A DNA stretch of 63,987 bases, counting the filler, from Cirrosporium novae-zelandiae (taxonomy: Eukaryota), in assembly GCA_026023565.1 (NCBI GenBank). It is 4 parts of 4 records of this genome, joined end to end, with 100 filler letters (N's around TTAATTAATTAA, not from the genome) between each part and the next. Parts side by side here need not be neighbours in the genome. Positions count along the whole stretch, not along the records: positions 1 to 24,399 come from JAPETS010000087.1; positions 24,500 to 48,856 come from JAPETS010000088.1; 2 more parts are not named here. One strand, given 5' to 3'. This document shows positions 12,186-43,897 of the stretch, piece by piece (position 1 is the stretch's first letter; every line of letters starts with the position of its first letter). A program made the position numbers and the translations under genes. Below the pieces are notes generated by a model, which saw nothing but the letters and a program-made list of their open reading frames with translations, searched no databases and was not told the DNA's origin.

Positions 12186-13504
12186 TTAGCATGAGACGTA
12201 CTCTGGCACATTCTCACAGTCGTCGCTAGTTGTTCCACCGCTAATATCAATATTCTCGTAGGTCCAGTCAGTGCAGCTACCGTCCCCACATAAGATGTAA
12301 ACTTCGACGCAGCTGCTATCCACAGTACCCGTGATGCCATTGAGCACAAGGTCAGAGATGGTAACCCCGTTAGTGGGAGTGCCTGTAGGAGAACCATTTT
12401 CATAATCCTGTTCAACAACAATACCGTAATCACTGATTCCGGATAAGGTGATGTCTTTGTACGTAACATTGTATACTGTCCCAGTGGCATCGTAGACGGT
12501 CTTGACTCGGACACCATTTGTAGAATCCGTGACGGTGACACCTTCAATATAGACATTTTCCACGGTATTATCGGATCGGCCACCGACAGAACCAATTGAA
12601 AGACCATGACCACCAGAGCAAGTGCCTCCTGTGAACGTAATATACTAAAGCCCCATAAGTAAACATGGTTAATTTCTTGTACCTGGCTAAAAAAGCGATA
12701 GGGAGAAAACATACAGTACCAGAGTTGATGGCTACGCAGTCATCCTGGTTGTAAACAGTGGGGTTTTTAATTGTGATGTAAGTGGAATCACCAATATCAA
12801 AAGCATCCGTGTTGTGACCAAGCTCATCTGTGTCGCCATCCGAGTTATCGATGATTACGTTTTCAATAACGAGACTCTCCGAGTTGTCAATGCTGAAGCA
12901 CTGGACGGGAGTGTTCTTGATGTTAAGGCCAGCGATGACCGAGTCATACATCTTGTGAGCATAAAAGAATTTAGGCTTGGTCACTCCGCCATTGGAGCCA
13001 TCACCATCCCTATATGACACGAGGGTTTTAGTTCTTGGGTTTTCTATTTAAGGCAAAGGAAGAAAATATACCACCAAGCGGCGCCATTGCCGTTAATTAC
13101 ATGGCCAGAAGCGCCTTCCACGGTAATACCGGTGCCTGCAACCGAAATCAGGGGGCCGTCCCATTCTGCATAATCAAAAGTGGTGGTGCCTTTGAACACC
13201 ACCTGCGAGTATTAGCATCCTATTTTAACCTTTTCCCTGTATGTAAGTTTCTTCTTACCTTGGTGTCATCAGCGAGACCAGTCAAATCTAGGGTTGTTGC
13301 GGAAGGGACAGTGATAGCGCTAATGGTAATAGTGCTACAGAGGGACGCCGACTTAGAGACTTGGCTGGCGGCGGTGAAGGTGCAGCTGGTGGCTCTCTTC
13401 TCGACGTCAGCCATGTCAGGACCTGGAGTCGGCTTCGGTGCAGCCCTAGCAAAGGCAACCCCAGCCCAAAAGAAAAGGTGGGTAGCTTTGCTCAAGGAAA
13501 CCAT
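12186..13504 (-). CDS. Secreted endopolygalacturonase (GH28), 4 exons
   Basis: Signal peptide and KR propeptide site; catalytic motifs [20 protein letters not shown]; introns near 13203-13258, 13011-13070 and 12647-12715. Confidence 0.96.
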
Positions 13505-15417
13505 GGTGAAAATAACAGAGCCAAAGTATGCACAAAATTCAGGATCAGAACGGCAACGAAGTTACTTGTGAATAGAAACAAGGCAGTATGAGACTCGATA
13601 TGGAGTTGAATGCTAATCTAGAGAAGGGCCAACATGAAGATGAGGCATGCCTTATTATATGACGATCTGGTATCTCACCATAACGGATCACGGCATTGTG
13701 AGAGTGCCATCGTTCGTAGAGGAGTTGCCAAACGAAGATTCAAGCAAGATATCACAATTGCTCCGATAGGTGGATTTGTCTTTTGGGTATATGGACAATA
13801 CTAGATATCTTAAATATTGGCATTTCATTTTTGCATATCTTCATTGAGCACATTAATAATTACAAGAGGGGTAAATAGATTGAAAGAATAAATGAGCAAG
13901 AGATTCTATCGATGGATATGAAATAATGTGCCGACTATTTGACAAGAAGTTAGTATTGATTAAATCGGAACGGTGATAATCGAGAGCCAAGTTGAAAGGT
14001 TAAAGGATAGTTCGACATTAGCATTGGCACCCTAAACTCACGTAAAGAATATTAATTATGAATCAGAATATCATCCACTTTGCTATGAAAAAGTTGGTCG
14101 TATGGTTTCAGGCTTTTAGTCAAGAAATTAGATTAACTCTCCATGATTTTTAATTAACGGTTGAATACCCCGGAGTTTCCCCTTATTCTGTCTCATTCAT
14201 CACCACTTTTACCGGGGAGTAACAACATCGACATACTAACCATGCTTAGCATGATATTGTAGTGTTGTGGCCAAGTACAAGATGGAGATATTTAGAGATT
14301 GAATTGATGCCATTCAAGAAGTAGGAGGCTTGTTTAATTAACCGACTTAAAGCCAAGAAGCAACAGGCTTAAAAAAAAGCTTAAGGGTTTAGATAAAGAA
14401 AATAAGAAATGAAGAAGCTTGAATGAATTAACATTGTTTTCTTCAGGTACCCGTCCGCCGTTTCCCGTCCGCTAGTCTCGGCCTCTTTCATTCCCGTGCC
14501 CTGATATCGCTACCTTTTTACGTCGGACATTGTTTATTTTCCCCGGCCGTTCGTTACGTCCACCTATCGATAACCCCCCGTAATTCCCCACCTTTTCCAA
14601 TATTTCTACATGCCATTCCTTAAATTATAGATCAAGTATCTCCATGAATCGGATTAATGCTACTAGTTTGTGTGATCATTGTTGGGTAACGCCATTCTTT
14701 GAAACTATCCGTCTTTTGGGACAGAAGTCCCTTGCTTTTGCTTTTTCATTAAACCTGTAGGACTGCTGTTGCAGTGTTAATGGCAAAGCAACGTACAAGC
14801 TAGGGTATCAGGCATACAATAGATTGCTGCTGAAGAGTTCATCTTGCAAGGGAGCCTCTGCTTCTGCGTAATATAGCTTTGATTCAAAAAATTGTCAAGT
14901 CTTAAAAATATATAAACTGAAGGCTGCTTTTCCCTTCATCTTTCGCCCTTTACTACTAGAACTTCCTATTATGCTTCATGCGCTTCCCCGCACCCTTCTT
15001 TGCAAGATTGAAATGATCGCCAACATAGTCAACTTGTGACAGACACTGAGCACTAGACACTGGATATAAGTACAGAATGAGGCCATCGCTCTCCACCAAC
15101 CAGAGAAAGCACATGCTTTGAGCTTATTCCAAGTCTTATTCAACCTCAAGTCACTTCATTTGCTCAAGAGTAAATATGATGGAAAGCTCAGCTACGCTCC
15201 TCATAATGGGACATTCAGACGCTAAAACACCACCCCGGGTCCATATCTCATGAATAGCGACCGAGAATTCCGTCGCCAAAGGGATGAACTCAAGTCGTCG
15301 GCTGGTACAGTCCGCTTAGTCCACTCATATCTAACATCCCCGAGGAGCCCTTTCACCCACGCCATCTACCTACTACACCGGAGTTCCTAGTATCCTCCAA
15401 CCACGGCGACGTATCAC

Positions 15418-16018
15418 CTATCTGTGTCATAGAGCTGGAGTGACAGGCTTGCACACTGCGATGATATTCGACTACGACCTGAGTATTGAATACAAGGTCC
15501 TAGAATGCTCTCGACGACGGGCAAGTGATGGTATTCTCACAATAGAATTGAATGCAGATACACCAGAGTCTCACGGCTATCTTGACATAGGCACGACGCG
15601 CTTCCCTAAAATCTCCATCCTCCGGGTTACGTCTCATCTGTTCGCCATGCTCAGAGTTACCTAGGAAATCTACTACCCCGACAGCAAGAAGAATACTCGA
15701 ATGCACAACAATCTATATTTGAAGGATGCTGCGAATCCTGTCGCAAATGAAGGCCACTCTAAAGTTGGCGAAAATAATGATGACATAGTCCCAAACGAGC
15801 TAAGTTACTATCACACTCGTCTGCTGGATGAGCTTATACTCAAGTGTTTTGCTTCATTATACTAACCGAGGTAGCCAATTAACAGGTATATTACTAAGGT
15901 GGTTACGAGGCTATTGGGGGACGCGTATGATCAATATAAAAGGCGCGCGTAGAAAACTTCTACAAGGGGCTTCAGAAGTTGTTAAAAGAAGATAGTCACT
16001 CAACGTAATCCTTTCTAA
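15418..16018 (+). pseudogene. Flavin amine oxidase / L-amino-acid oxidase pseudogene fragment
   Basis: Frameshifted ICVI(G)AGVTGLHTAMIFD dinucleotide-binding motif, EYKVLECS, YLDIGTTRFPKI (compare YYDVGAMRFP of fungal LAAO-like proteins); multiple stops. Confidence 0.65.
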
Positions 16019-17728
16019 ACTGTATAATGAAGCATGTGAAACATAACTCAACTCTTAAATAGTGGCACAATGTGTGTAAGTCAAACGTTCTGCGTTTCTC
16101 ACCTCTTACTATCTTTGTAGCACTTCGTGCATGTTTGCTAAGATACTCATGGCGATGATTTTAGTTATCCTTGCCCTGTCGTTCAGTGACTAGGCTATCG
16201 ACTCGTAAGTATTCTAATTGTCAGTAGCGGGCATTCTGGACTACGTTCGTCTAAAATTGACGCTGATGCGACTGGTTTTGATGACGAGGCATTTACCGAG
16301 AGCGTGATGTACTCATTGAATTTCGACTTTCCTAAATATATACTGACTGGGCATACGTTGGCGGAGGGACAATGACGGTAATCTCTAAGATGTTGGAAAG
16401 GCTTGAGACCAAACTCACAGACGGAAAACGCATGAGAGTCATTAGCCGAGACGTAAAAGCCATGAAAGCTTTCATTGCCGGAGAAGATACGTCTCTGCAC
16501 CTTGCACCTCTTTCCCTCTGCCTCCGTCTCGGCATATTGCTGAGCAGATCAAAATGTTCGATTCTATTCTCCGTAGGGTACATTATTTTAGCCATGTTAC
16601 CAATCTCGTATTAAAGGCTTTCCCTTTTAGTCTGCGGAATGGCGGAATGGCAAACATCGACAAGATATCGACAAAGTCATCGATATGGTCATCTTAGATT
16701 TTTCTTAATTAAACAAAGACTCGTAACTCGATACCAAAATAAATTAGAACTCGCCATTCAATGACGCTTCTTGGGCGGACCTGGAAAAATTTACAATGTG
16801 AATGTTTGGATTAGAGTCTCCACCGAACGATACAACCATTTCCTCTCCATAGTCAGCCGCTCAAATGCAATGAATAATGATACTCGCTACAACTCCTTGA
16901 ACAATGGGACAGAGATAGTAATAGCTAAAAGCAAGGATAAAAAGGATTAGATAAAGGAGTATTGGGACGAATTTGACGATAACGCCTTGAATAGAGAAAA
17001 TTGAATCAAGCTCTTAGTTATCCACCATCTAATATTATTTGAAAAAAAGAACGAATTAAAATGACAACACTATTCTCCAAAAACCGAGTCTTCTTCTTTA
17101 GAACCAACTGTGATATCCGTAGTCATTTTGATCCCAACTCGTTCCTCTTGCCTTCTAACAGGGTATGTTCTTATGTGGCCTCATTGTTAGTGAATTCCAC
17201 CCTCGTCAACCAGTTGAGAAACGCTGTGGGTTGACTCCGAGGGGTGTTCGTAGGAGGTTTTATAGCGACCTTGACGCTAAACCAAGGTGGCACATACCCA
17301 CAACGGCCCTTAGCCTCAGGGGGGAAAACAATAAATGCGGGTTCGCTTAATAAAGTGAAAAGGCTCAATTCCCATGTTCCCCGGGCGCTTGGGATACAAC
17401 TAACAGCCTCAGTCTATTTAATTATTTCCCTCTCGACTTACATGGGGACATGTGCGTATCGACTGCCGCTGCAAGTATGAGGCACAGCAAGTATGAGGCA
17501 CAGCACATTAACCTAACTCTGGGAAGCTATTTTCCCGAAAAATTGATGATGTGCTCAGGTTATCAACATCCGACATCAATATATTCCCCAGTACCTGGGT
17601 CGAGGTCAAGGCCTAAGAGCAAAGACGCAGAACCATACTTATACTCCCTATAAATCTCCCACTCAACTTATATCCCTAAACATTTTTATCATATTTTTCT
17701 TATATCTGCATTTTATCTCTCCTTAGCT

Positions 17729-19107
17729 ATGGGTTCTTTATCTGAAGTGGGTTGCACTGATGTTCAAACGCTCTTGGATGAAGTGAATGTCGCTGCGGCG
17801 TCCTACAAAGCGGGCACATCTACTGAATCTTCGAGAGTGAAGTCCCTGGAAGCAGCAAAGAAGCTGGTTGCTGCATTGTAGAAGCCGGAAGATGCTATAT
17901 TCAATCATGCCTATTACGTCTGTCATTTCTGATCCAGTGCGTTTGCTCTCCCCATACGTTTTGCTGACTATGCCCAGACCAGTACCAACTTCGCCTCCAG
18001 AACAGCTGTGGATCTAGGTATCTTCAGGCTCATAGCCGAAAATGGGCAGCAAACAGCTACACAGCTTGCCAAAGCGACGAATGCAGATAAACAACTCATT
18101 GTGCGGATTCTCCGGGCACTTATCTCTATAGGCTTCGTTGGCGAGATAGCGTCCGAAACCTATGTCGCAACAAACCTGACCAGAACCCTAGCTACACCGG
18201 GCATTGAAGGTCTCGTTAAATTTATCTTCGACATCGGGACTTCCATATTCCACCGCCTCCCCTTTCCTGAAGCTTAACGGCTACAAGAACCCAACTGACC
18301 CATCTTCTACGCCATGGCATTATTCTGCCCGTCTCGACGTTTGTCAAGCCGACTATGTAGCTAACAATCCACGAGCTATGCTGTGGGACTGGCTAGCACT
18401 TCATCCAGAGCATTTTAATGATTTCCATAGTTTTCTGGAGGTAGATCGTGGGAGTCGACCGAACTAGCTGGATTGGTACCCGATTCAAAAGCAGCTGTTG
18501 GCCGGATTTTCTGGTGGGAAGGATGACGTCTTGCTTATTGATATCGCGGGTGGTCGTGGGCAGGATGTTGGGGCATTTGCTGCTCGATTCCCTAGTGTAC
18601 CTGGACGGTTAATATTGCAGGACTTACCTTACGTGATCAAGGACATCACGAAGCTCGATAGCAGAATTGAGAAGATGGTGTATGACTTCTTCACGCCGCA
18701 GCCGGTACAAGGTAATGTTCCTCTACATGAAGCTCAAGCCTTCATACTTTCATTATCAAAAGAAAATTACTGATGGCCTATTTCGCATGACAGGCGCCCG
18801 AATCTACTATCTCAAATTCATCCTGCACGATTGGCCTACTACTCCCGCCCTTAAGATTCTTAAGAACGTCACCGCTGCAATGAAGAAAGGCTACTCGCAA
18901 CTCATCATCGAGGAATTTGTCGTCCCGGAGACGAAATGTCCTCAACTACCGACCATGTGGGACCTGGAAATGATGAGCTATATTAGCGCCATGGAACGGA
19001 CGGAGGCTGAGTGGCGGGAATTGCTGGGAGCTGCAGGCTTGAAGGTGGTTAATGTTTGGCCGAGCCCAGGGGATGGTCAGAGTATTATTCAGGCAGAGCT
19101 TGCATAG
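17729..19107 (+). pseudogene. SAM-dependent O-methyltransferase pseudogene
   Basis: LIDIAGGRGQD, LILQDLP, YDFFTPQP and ILHDW motifs; in-frame TAG at 17879-17881 and 18465-18467, frameshift near 18262. Confidence 0.9.
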
Positions 19108-19899
19108 ATACTGTAGTTGAGCCGATGCGCATGCTCAATTAGAGGGATAGATTACAATATAAACAGAAACAGTAATTTACACGAACGAGACTTCGGCCCG
19201 GAATTCCTCTATCCCAGAGGCTCGCTGAACCTGAGTGTTCGAATAAAGAGTGTCCTTCCTTTGGTTGTAGGAATCTAGTATGACCGTACTGGGAATTTTC
19301 TAATTCGCGGGGCAAATGGCATGCCCGTGACAATAGTGGAATAAAAAACAGAGCAAGCCAGACAAATTCGAAAGAAATGCACCATCTCCTCAACTCTCCG
19401 TCGCCAATTTTTCAAAGAGTAGAGAGTTGGCATGGTTTGAATCAGTCGGATTAAATACAGAAGACATTAGCCGCCTTATCTAGTATTCCTTAATGGGTGC
19501 ATCAATGAACAGTCTCATATAAAAAAGACAAACTAGATGATGATATAAATATACTATAGCGTGACCTGTACCCTCGTGGATCATACGGTACGGTACCCTC
19601 CCGTCCTCAAAAGTCTTGATGACAAAGACTGACATCTTCTAATCATATTATTCGTAGGCGTGTTGGCGGTGTAACTCTAAACAGAACTCACCCGTTAAAG
19701 GAGATAAGAAGACCTATAGTCTAGGGGGATTGGGATGGATTTATTTATTCCTGACAAGCTTCCATACCCTCTTTGTGATGATATTTAATGAGCGAGCCCT
19801 TGATTAAAATATTTGGGATACGTGGTGAAATTGTGTTAATCAGTATGATTCTAGCATTGACATCCGCAAGAGTCCAAGGATCTTTCACATCTCGATTAC

Positions 19900-21374
19900 T
19901 TAAAATGGGAACTTGCTAGGTAGTTCACCATCCTCGCATACCCTATCCTCGACCTGCTTCCGATGCAAAGTGTCCAAATGCGGAAGCAAAAAATCTGCAT
20001 AGAGATGACGGCCTTTGTGTCTGTTGGTATACAGGATTAACACATGAAATTTTTGTTAGAGATTTGAATGGATTCTTACTCCGCAGTCTCATCATCCCAA
20101 CTCCTGATCAGTGAAGCGAGTCGTCCAGGAATACCCGGCTCATCTAAAATAGATGCCAGTGGGAGAATATACGTGTGCACCGCCCAGACCAGTGCCCCTG
20201 ACTTTGGCAACCGCCGAAGCGTCTGGCGTTCTTGTCGGAAGAAAAGCTGGGAGATATTGTTGATTGGAGCTGGGGGTTTGAATTTACCATAACTTGGGGT
20301 TCCAATGCCTGGACCCCCGATGGCGAGATCCCAGTCATCTTCTGGCCCCATTGTTATGGTCGGCCAGTGTAATTCATCGTGGATGGAGATGGCGGTAGTG
20401 TTTCTAGCTATGGGCCCTTCGACTTTGAGTTTGGCCAAGAACCGGTTCAAGGGATTTTGTAGCTGCTCGGTGTAATGAGGTACTCGTCCTAAATGCAAGC
20501 CATCGAGACATTTTCCAAGCTTGTCCTTGAGTCGTTGTCCTCCTCCAATTGCTATCATCATTGCACTGAGCTGATACTGTCCATCTTCCTGTTTGACAAG
20601 GATGTTGAGATCACAAGGTTGAATAAGTCCTGCAACAGTCAATGGGTCCTCTTTGGTCAAATCATACGACGCTCCTAGACTGGGTATTTCAATCTTTGTG
20701 ATGGAACCTTCTCCGTACCACCCATCTTGATCGGTGGTAGAACGAGTAAGATTGTAAACTTGAGGATAACGCCTTGACAAGAATTCTGACAGGTCCTGAC
20801 AGAGCTCTCGCACAGCTTCACGGGCATGAGGCAAAGTACTAACTACCTTATCACCTCTGTCCGCCAGCCGTGCTACCTTAGCCCTATGATAGCGAGGAAA
20901 TTCGTTATCAAGCTGTTCATAGTTAAGTCTTTGGTCGGTCCCATGAGTATGACCAAGAGCTCACCAATATCCAGGAATCTTTATCCAGCTTCTTAATCTC
21001 GATTGTACTAGACACGAGGACTTAGGCTCGGTACGATTACAAAGCGTGCACTTCAGAAAGGGTTGAACATACTGTCTTTTGTATGCATACCTAAAGGCAC
21101 GGAATGAGGGTGGAGGAGTCTGTTTCATATCAAAGGTGAGATCGGGGGATGGCTCTGGGTATTGCCATTTATCCGACCTTGTGGTTGGCTCTATGGGGAG
21201 TGGAGAGAAATTGGTCAATACATATTTTATTAGGTATATATCAATATTTCACCACTCACTTTCGACTACTTTGTAGGTATTTTTTCCACGTTTGTGAAGA
21301 TTCTTCCACCCTAGCGCCAAAGTGGCAATGGCGCAAGCCACAAACAGAAAAAACAAGGTGGTAGACTCAAGCAT
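19900..21374 (-). CDS. DUF3445 / heme-dependent oxidative N-demethylase alpha-subunit-like protein with N-terminal membrane anchor, multi-exon
   Basis: FFRQERQTLRRLPKSGALVWAVHTY signature; exon 1 MLESTTLFFLFVACAIATLALGW; last exon HKGRHLYADFLLPHLD...FPF*. Confidence 0.85.
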
Positions 21375-21877
21375 ATCGATTTGATGAAATGTAGTTTGCT
21401 AATCGCGAATAGCAGTATATCTTCATAGTTGAAGATCTTAAATATCGAGCATTTAACGTCAAAACATTCATGGAACTCGAAATAGCATATTTACTCGACT
21501 TCGGTTTTTGCTACAAAGTGTCTGCAGATGTGAAGCAGATTGTCCTTGGATGCAATCGCGGATATCCGATCGGGACATTGAAGAGGCATCGGAGTCGTGA
21601 GTTGAGGTGATCGATAGCATGCGCGGTAATCCGATCGCTTAACCCCGATCCTTGACAACCGGATCGTGCAACCACAAGTCATTTACTCATCTCAAGACAC
21701 TTCAAGATACTCATCTTCTCGCGTAAGCGCGGAGGCGTATCGAACAATATGTAGCCCGGCAATCTTGTCAGATTGGAGGCTATTACAAAAATATGCCGCA
21801 CCCTACTCTTCTCTAAACTAGAGAGGCACATTCCTTCTCCATTTATTCCGAGGCTCTCATTCATACTAGCCATCCAG

Positions 21878-23620
21878 ATGGCAACCACCAATAAAAATTC
21901 CTCTCTCAGCGAAGAAGATGTAGGGATCAAACAGCCTGACACCGATGCCCAATCTCTAAGCGAGGGCGATGTGATACCACCAGCTGGCGAGCTTAATGGG
22001 TATGGCATTCATCGAGGCCTTCGGTCGCATCAAATCCAGCTCCTGGCTATATCTGGTGTTATCGGGACTGGTCTGTTCGTCGGTACTTCAGGCGTCCTCG
22101 CCAGCGCGGGACCAGCTGGTCTGCTCATCGGATATTCTATCTGGTGTGTCTTCCTTCTCTGCGTCGCTCACGCCATGGGCGAGATGTCAGCGATGCTTCC
22201 TGTTCCAGGTTCTTTCGCTACCCATATTGGTCGCTTCATAGACGAGAGCGCAGGCGTCGCAATGGGATGGACCTATGCTTACAGCATGTACGTGATCTAA
22301 GTTTTTGTTTGCATTGTGTCCCTAGTGCCAACACATCTCATTTATAATTTGTTTCAATCGTTTAGGATGGTATTCACAGCATCCGACTGCACAGCATTGA
22401 CCGGGCTCTGGGCATATTGGTTTCCGGACATCAATCCAGGAGTCTGGGTTGCTTGTACCTTGGTGGTCGTCTTCGCATTAAATTGTATGGCCGTCAAATA
22501 CTTCGGGGAAGCCGAGTTTTATGCTTCCATACTCAAGGTTTTCCTTATATTCGGCTTCTTGCTCTTTACCTTTATCGTCGTTCTTGGTGGCAATCCTCAT
22601 CATGACCGCATTGGGTTCAGATACTGGGAAACGCCGGGCGCATTTAACGAAGCCTACACGACAGGGTCTCTCGGACGCTTTCTTGCCATATGGAGCGTCT
22701 TCAACACCGCAGCGTTCTCCATTGGAGGACCTGATTTCATTGCCAACTGTGCTCCCGAAGCTATCAACCCCCGTCGGAACATCCCCAAGGCCGTAAAAAG
22801 AGTGATTTACCGCCTTATATTCTTCTTCATACTCTCTGTATTTGCCGTAGGCCTCCTTGTGCCATACAATGATCCTTCCATGTTGAAGGCAATTGCTTCT
22901 GGCAACGGTGTCGCCAAGTCACCTTTCGTAATCGCCATGAACAGACTAGAAATTCCATTTCTGCCCGATTTGGTCAATGCTGTCGTCATCACAAGCGCGT
23001 GGAGTTGCACCAACTGTCTCCTATTCCAAGCATCCCGTACCGTATTCGGACTGGCCAAACACGGACGCGCACCCAAGATCTTTGGTTGGACGACCAAGAG
23101 TGGTGTTCCTCTACCTGCGCTCATTTTGTCCGTTGGGGTTGCTTCCCTAGCCTTCATGACCTGCAATACCTCCTCTGCCGTCGTCTTCAACTGGTTCATT
23201 AACCTTGGGTCTACTGCTATCATGATTGCATACATCTTAATGCTGTGGGCCAACTTACGTTTCCATAAAGGTCTCAAAGCCCAGGGCATCGATGTTTCGA
23301 CATTGCCTTTCAAGAGTCGCTTCACACCTTACTCCAACTATGTCGCTATTTTTGGTGTTGGCATTATTCTCCTGACTAATGGATATGGTGTGTTCATCCA
23401 CGGTTACTGGAGCTTTCAAGATTTCTTCACGGCCTATTTCACCATTGTATTTTTCTTTGTCATATACATTGGATGGAAGATCTCGAAACGCACTTCTTTC
23501 ATCAGACCAGAAGATATGGACTTCCAAACGGGAATGGATGAGGTGGAAGCGCACGAGGCTAGCCTTGACAACAAACCACCTGAAACTCGCTATGAGCGAT
23601 TGATGGACTGGCTCTGGTGA
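21878..23620 (+). CDS. Amino-acid permease (APC superfamily, yeast amino acid transporter family), 2 exons
   Basis: RGLRSHQIQLLAISGVIGTGLF, KYFGEAEF, EAINPRRNIPKA, SPFVIA; intron near 22288-22366. Confidence 0.95.
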
Positions 23621-24399
23621 ACATAGAACATAATAAATAGTACGGAATTTCATTTATCCCGTAGACTATCCTAGTTGCTTACCGAGCCGATCCACGGGCC
23701 GCTCCGCCTTCCTGAACCAACTTTCAATTGATCCACAGTCCTATCTAGCACACTCCAGTATTAACGCACACGTAATTAGTATATCCATCAGCAACAAAGA
23801 AGAAAAGAAAATCCGAAAAGAACTTGAACATAACAAGAGTGACAGGGATTACGAGTATTTTCTTTTTCACTTTCTCCCTTCTCACCTTCTTAGGACCATC
23901 CATCCCTTCTCTATTTTCTTCACTTGCTAATCCCATATCCAACTTATCCTTTCTCTTATATCTCCCCGATTAGGAGATCCCAATAATCAAATTAGAAAAG
24001 CATGATAAGACCTAAAGACAATAAAGAGGACTAACCAAATAGCAACCCCCCTTCCTCATCTTCCACATCTTCTACATCCTTTCACTTCACACTCCCAATA
24101 TCTATGCCTAACCCAGCCTCGACATCTCCATCTCCAAGTTAAATATCCCTACCACAGAATTTCAATTACCCATTATTACGTTCCAATGCTATCTATCCTA
24201 CAGTGTTCTTTTCAGGCGTGAGTTAGAGCGGTTAATTAGTCCTTATATTTCAGCTAGCGCGAGCTTGTCAGTAGAAATTTTAAAAGGGTGCTGTCTAAAT
24301 GTCAAGATAACTGTTTGACTTAAAGGTTCGAAGGATGGTAGCAATCGCCTGTTATTAGTCTCATGGTGATGATGGGGGGGGGGGGGAAGGCCGGGATAA

Positions 24400-24499
24400 N
24401 NNNNNNNNNNNNNNNNNNNNNNNNNNNNNNNNNNNNNNNNNNNTTAATTAATTAANNNNNNNNNNNNNNNNNNNNNNNNNNNNNNNNNNNNNNNNNNNN
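24400..24499. other. Artificial contig-joining spacer
   Basis: N44-TTAATTAATTAA-N44, stop codons in all six frames, exactly 100 bp. Confidence 0.97.
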
Positions 24500-24570
24500 A
24501 AAAAAAAAACAAGGGGGTAGAAGATCACAGGCTGGTGGGGAGGGGGCGGGGGAAAGGAACATAACATAAT

Positions 24571-24641
24571 ATTCTTATTCAGGACTTGAACCTAAATCAT
24601 GATATTAGGAATATCCTGCTCTACCATTAAGCTAATAAGAA
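24571..24641 (-). tRNA. trnR: Mitochondrial tRNA-Arg, anticodon CCU
   Basis: Cloverleaf ttcttat...ataagaa, D-arm gcttaatggtagagc, anticodon loop ttCCTaa, T-loop ttcaagt. Confidence 0.85.
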
Positions 24642-24684
24642 TTAGTGGGTGTACCACCCACCAAGAAGTATAGGTTATATGTAT

Positions 24685-42874
<18,190 letters not shown>

Positions 42875-43662
42875 AACAAAAAAAATGTTATAAAAGATAT
42901 ACACCGTTTAATATTTTAATTTAGATATCCTTATGTTTTGTTTTCTTTTTTTTTTGGCCCCCCGCTACCTCAGCAGTAATGCTGAGGAGCGGGGGATCTT
43001 CTTTTTTTTATCACAAGCCGGGGTGTACCCACTCACGCGCCTACGTAGTTCAGGAACCGAAGTTCAGGAACCGAAGTTCAGGAATCGGCTAAAAAAAAAC
43101 GCAGCCTGTGATCCTCAACCCCCCCCCCTTGTTTTCTCCGCTTGTTTTTCTGCGGAGCGGTTTCTAAAAAAAACGCTCCGCAGAGAAAAACACTAAAAAA
43201 ACACTACAGCCCGACACCCCACTAGCCCCCAATTTTAACTGGGGGCTAGTGGGGGGCTTGGGGGGGGGCTAGGGGGGGGTTATGCATTGCTTGTGGAACA
43301 CAAGAAAACCAAACAAGAAAAACAGACCTGCTCTGCTAAAGAAGCAGATACCTTCTAAGAAATTCTTTACTACTCACTTTATAAATAAGACCTATAACTA
43401 TGTTGATATATTTTTCATCATAGCAAAAGATCCAAATATATAATCCCCCCCCCCCCCTCCCTCCTCAGCATTACTGCTGAGGTAACGGGGGGCCCACAAT
43501 AAAGAATATCTTATCTTTATATATTTATATACTACCGGTCACATTAGCCATTTTATGTATTAGATAATTATTGATTATGTACTAATATCACTATAATAAC
43601 AGATCATAAAAATGCTTTTAGTTAAAAATTAGAATAATCATTTATAGTTATTAACTATAGCT

Positions 43663-43733
43663 AGCCCTTAAGATGAATCGAACATCTGTACAAATATTAA
43701 CAGTATCTTGCTCTACCATTGAGCTATAAGGGC
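43663..43733 (-). tRNA. trnN: Mitochondrial tRNA-Asn(GUU), copy 1
   Basis: gcccttatagctcaatggtagagc...ctGTTaa...gttcgattc...taagggc cloverleaf. Confidence 0.9.
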
Positions 43734-43826
43734 GTAAAAGGCCCCTAAGTATTACTATAATAACAGGTCGTAAAAATGCTTTTAGTTAAAAACTAGAATA
43801 ATCATTTATAGTCATTAACTATAACT

Positions 43827-43897
43827 AGCCCTTAAGATGAATCGAACATCTGTACAAATATTAACAGTATCTTGCTCTACCTTTGAGCTATAAGGGC
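43827..43897 (-). tRNA. trnN: Mitochondrial tRNA-Asn(GUU), copy 2
   Basis: Same as copy 1 except one D-loop base; part of a 164-bp tandem duplication. Confidence 0.9.

Noticed and set aside
17159..17300. Possible Tc1/mariner MITE (gggtatgt...acataccc)
   Set aside because: Only about 8-10 bp of inverted match and no convincing target duplication
645..23653. Antisense and overlapping ORFs over the nuclear genes (e.g. 13035-13571, 22807-23325, 6494-6829)
   Set aside because: Shadows of well-supported genes on the opposite strand or in another frame
24444..24455. TTAATTAATTAA as a biological palindrome or recombination site (also 48901 and 60335)
   Set aside because: Identical, centred in 100-bp N runs, stops in all six frames: an assembly linker
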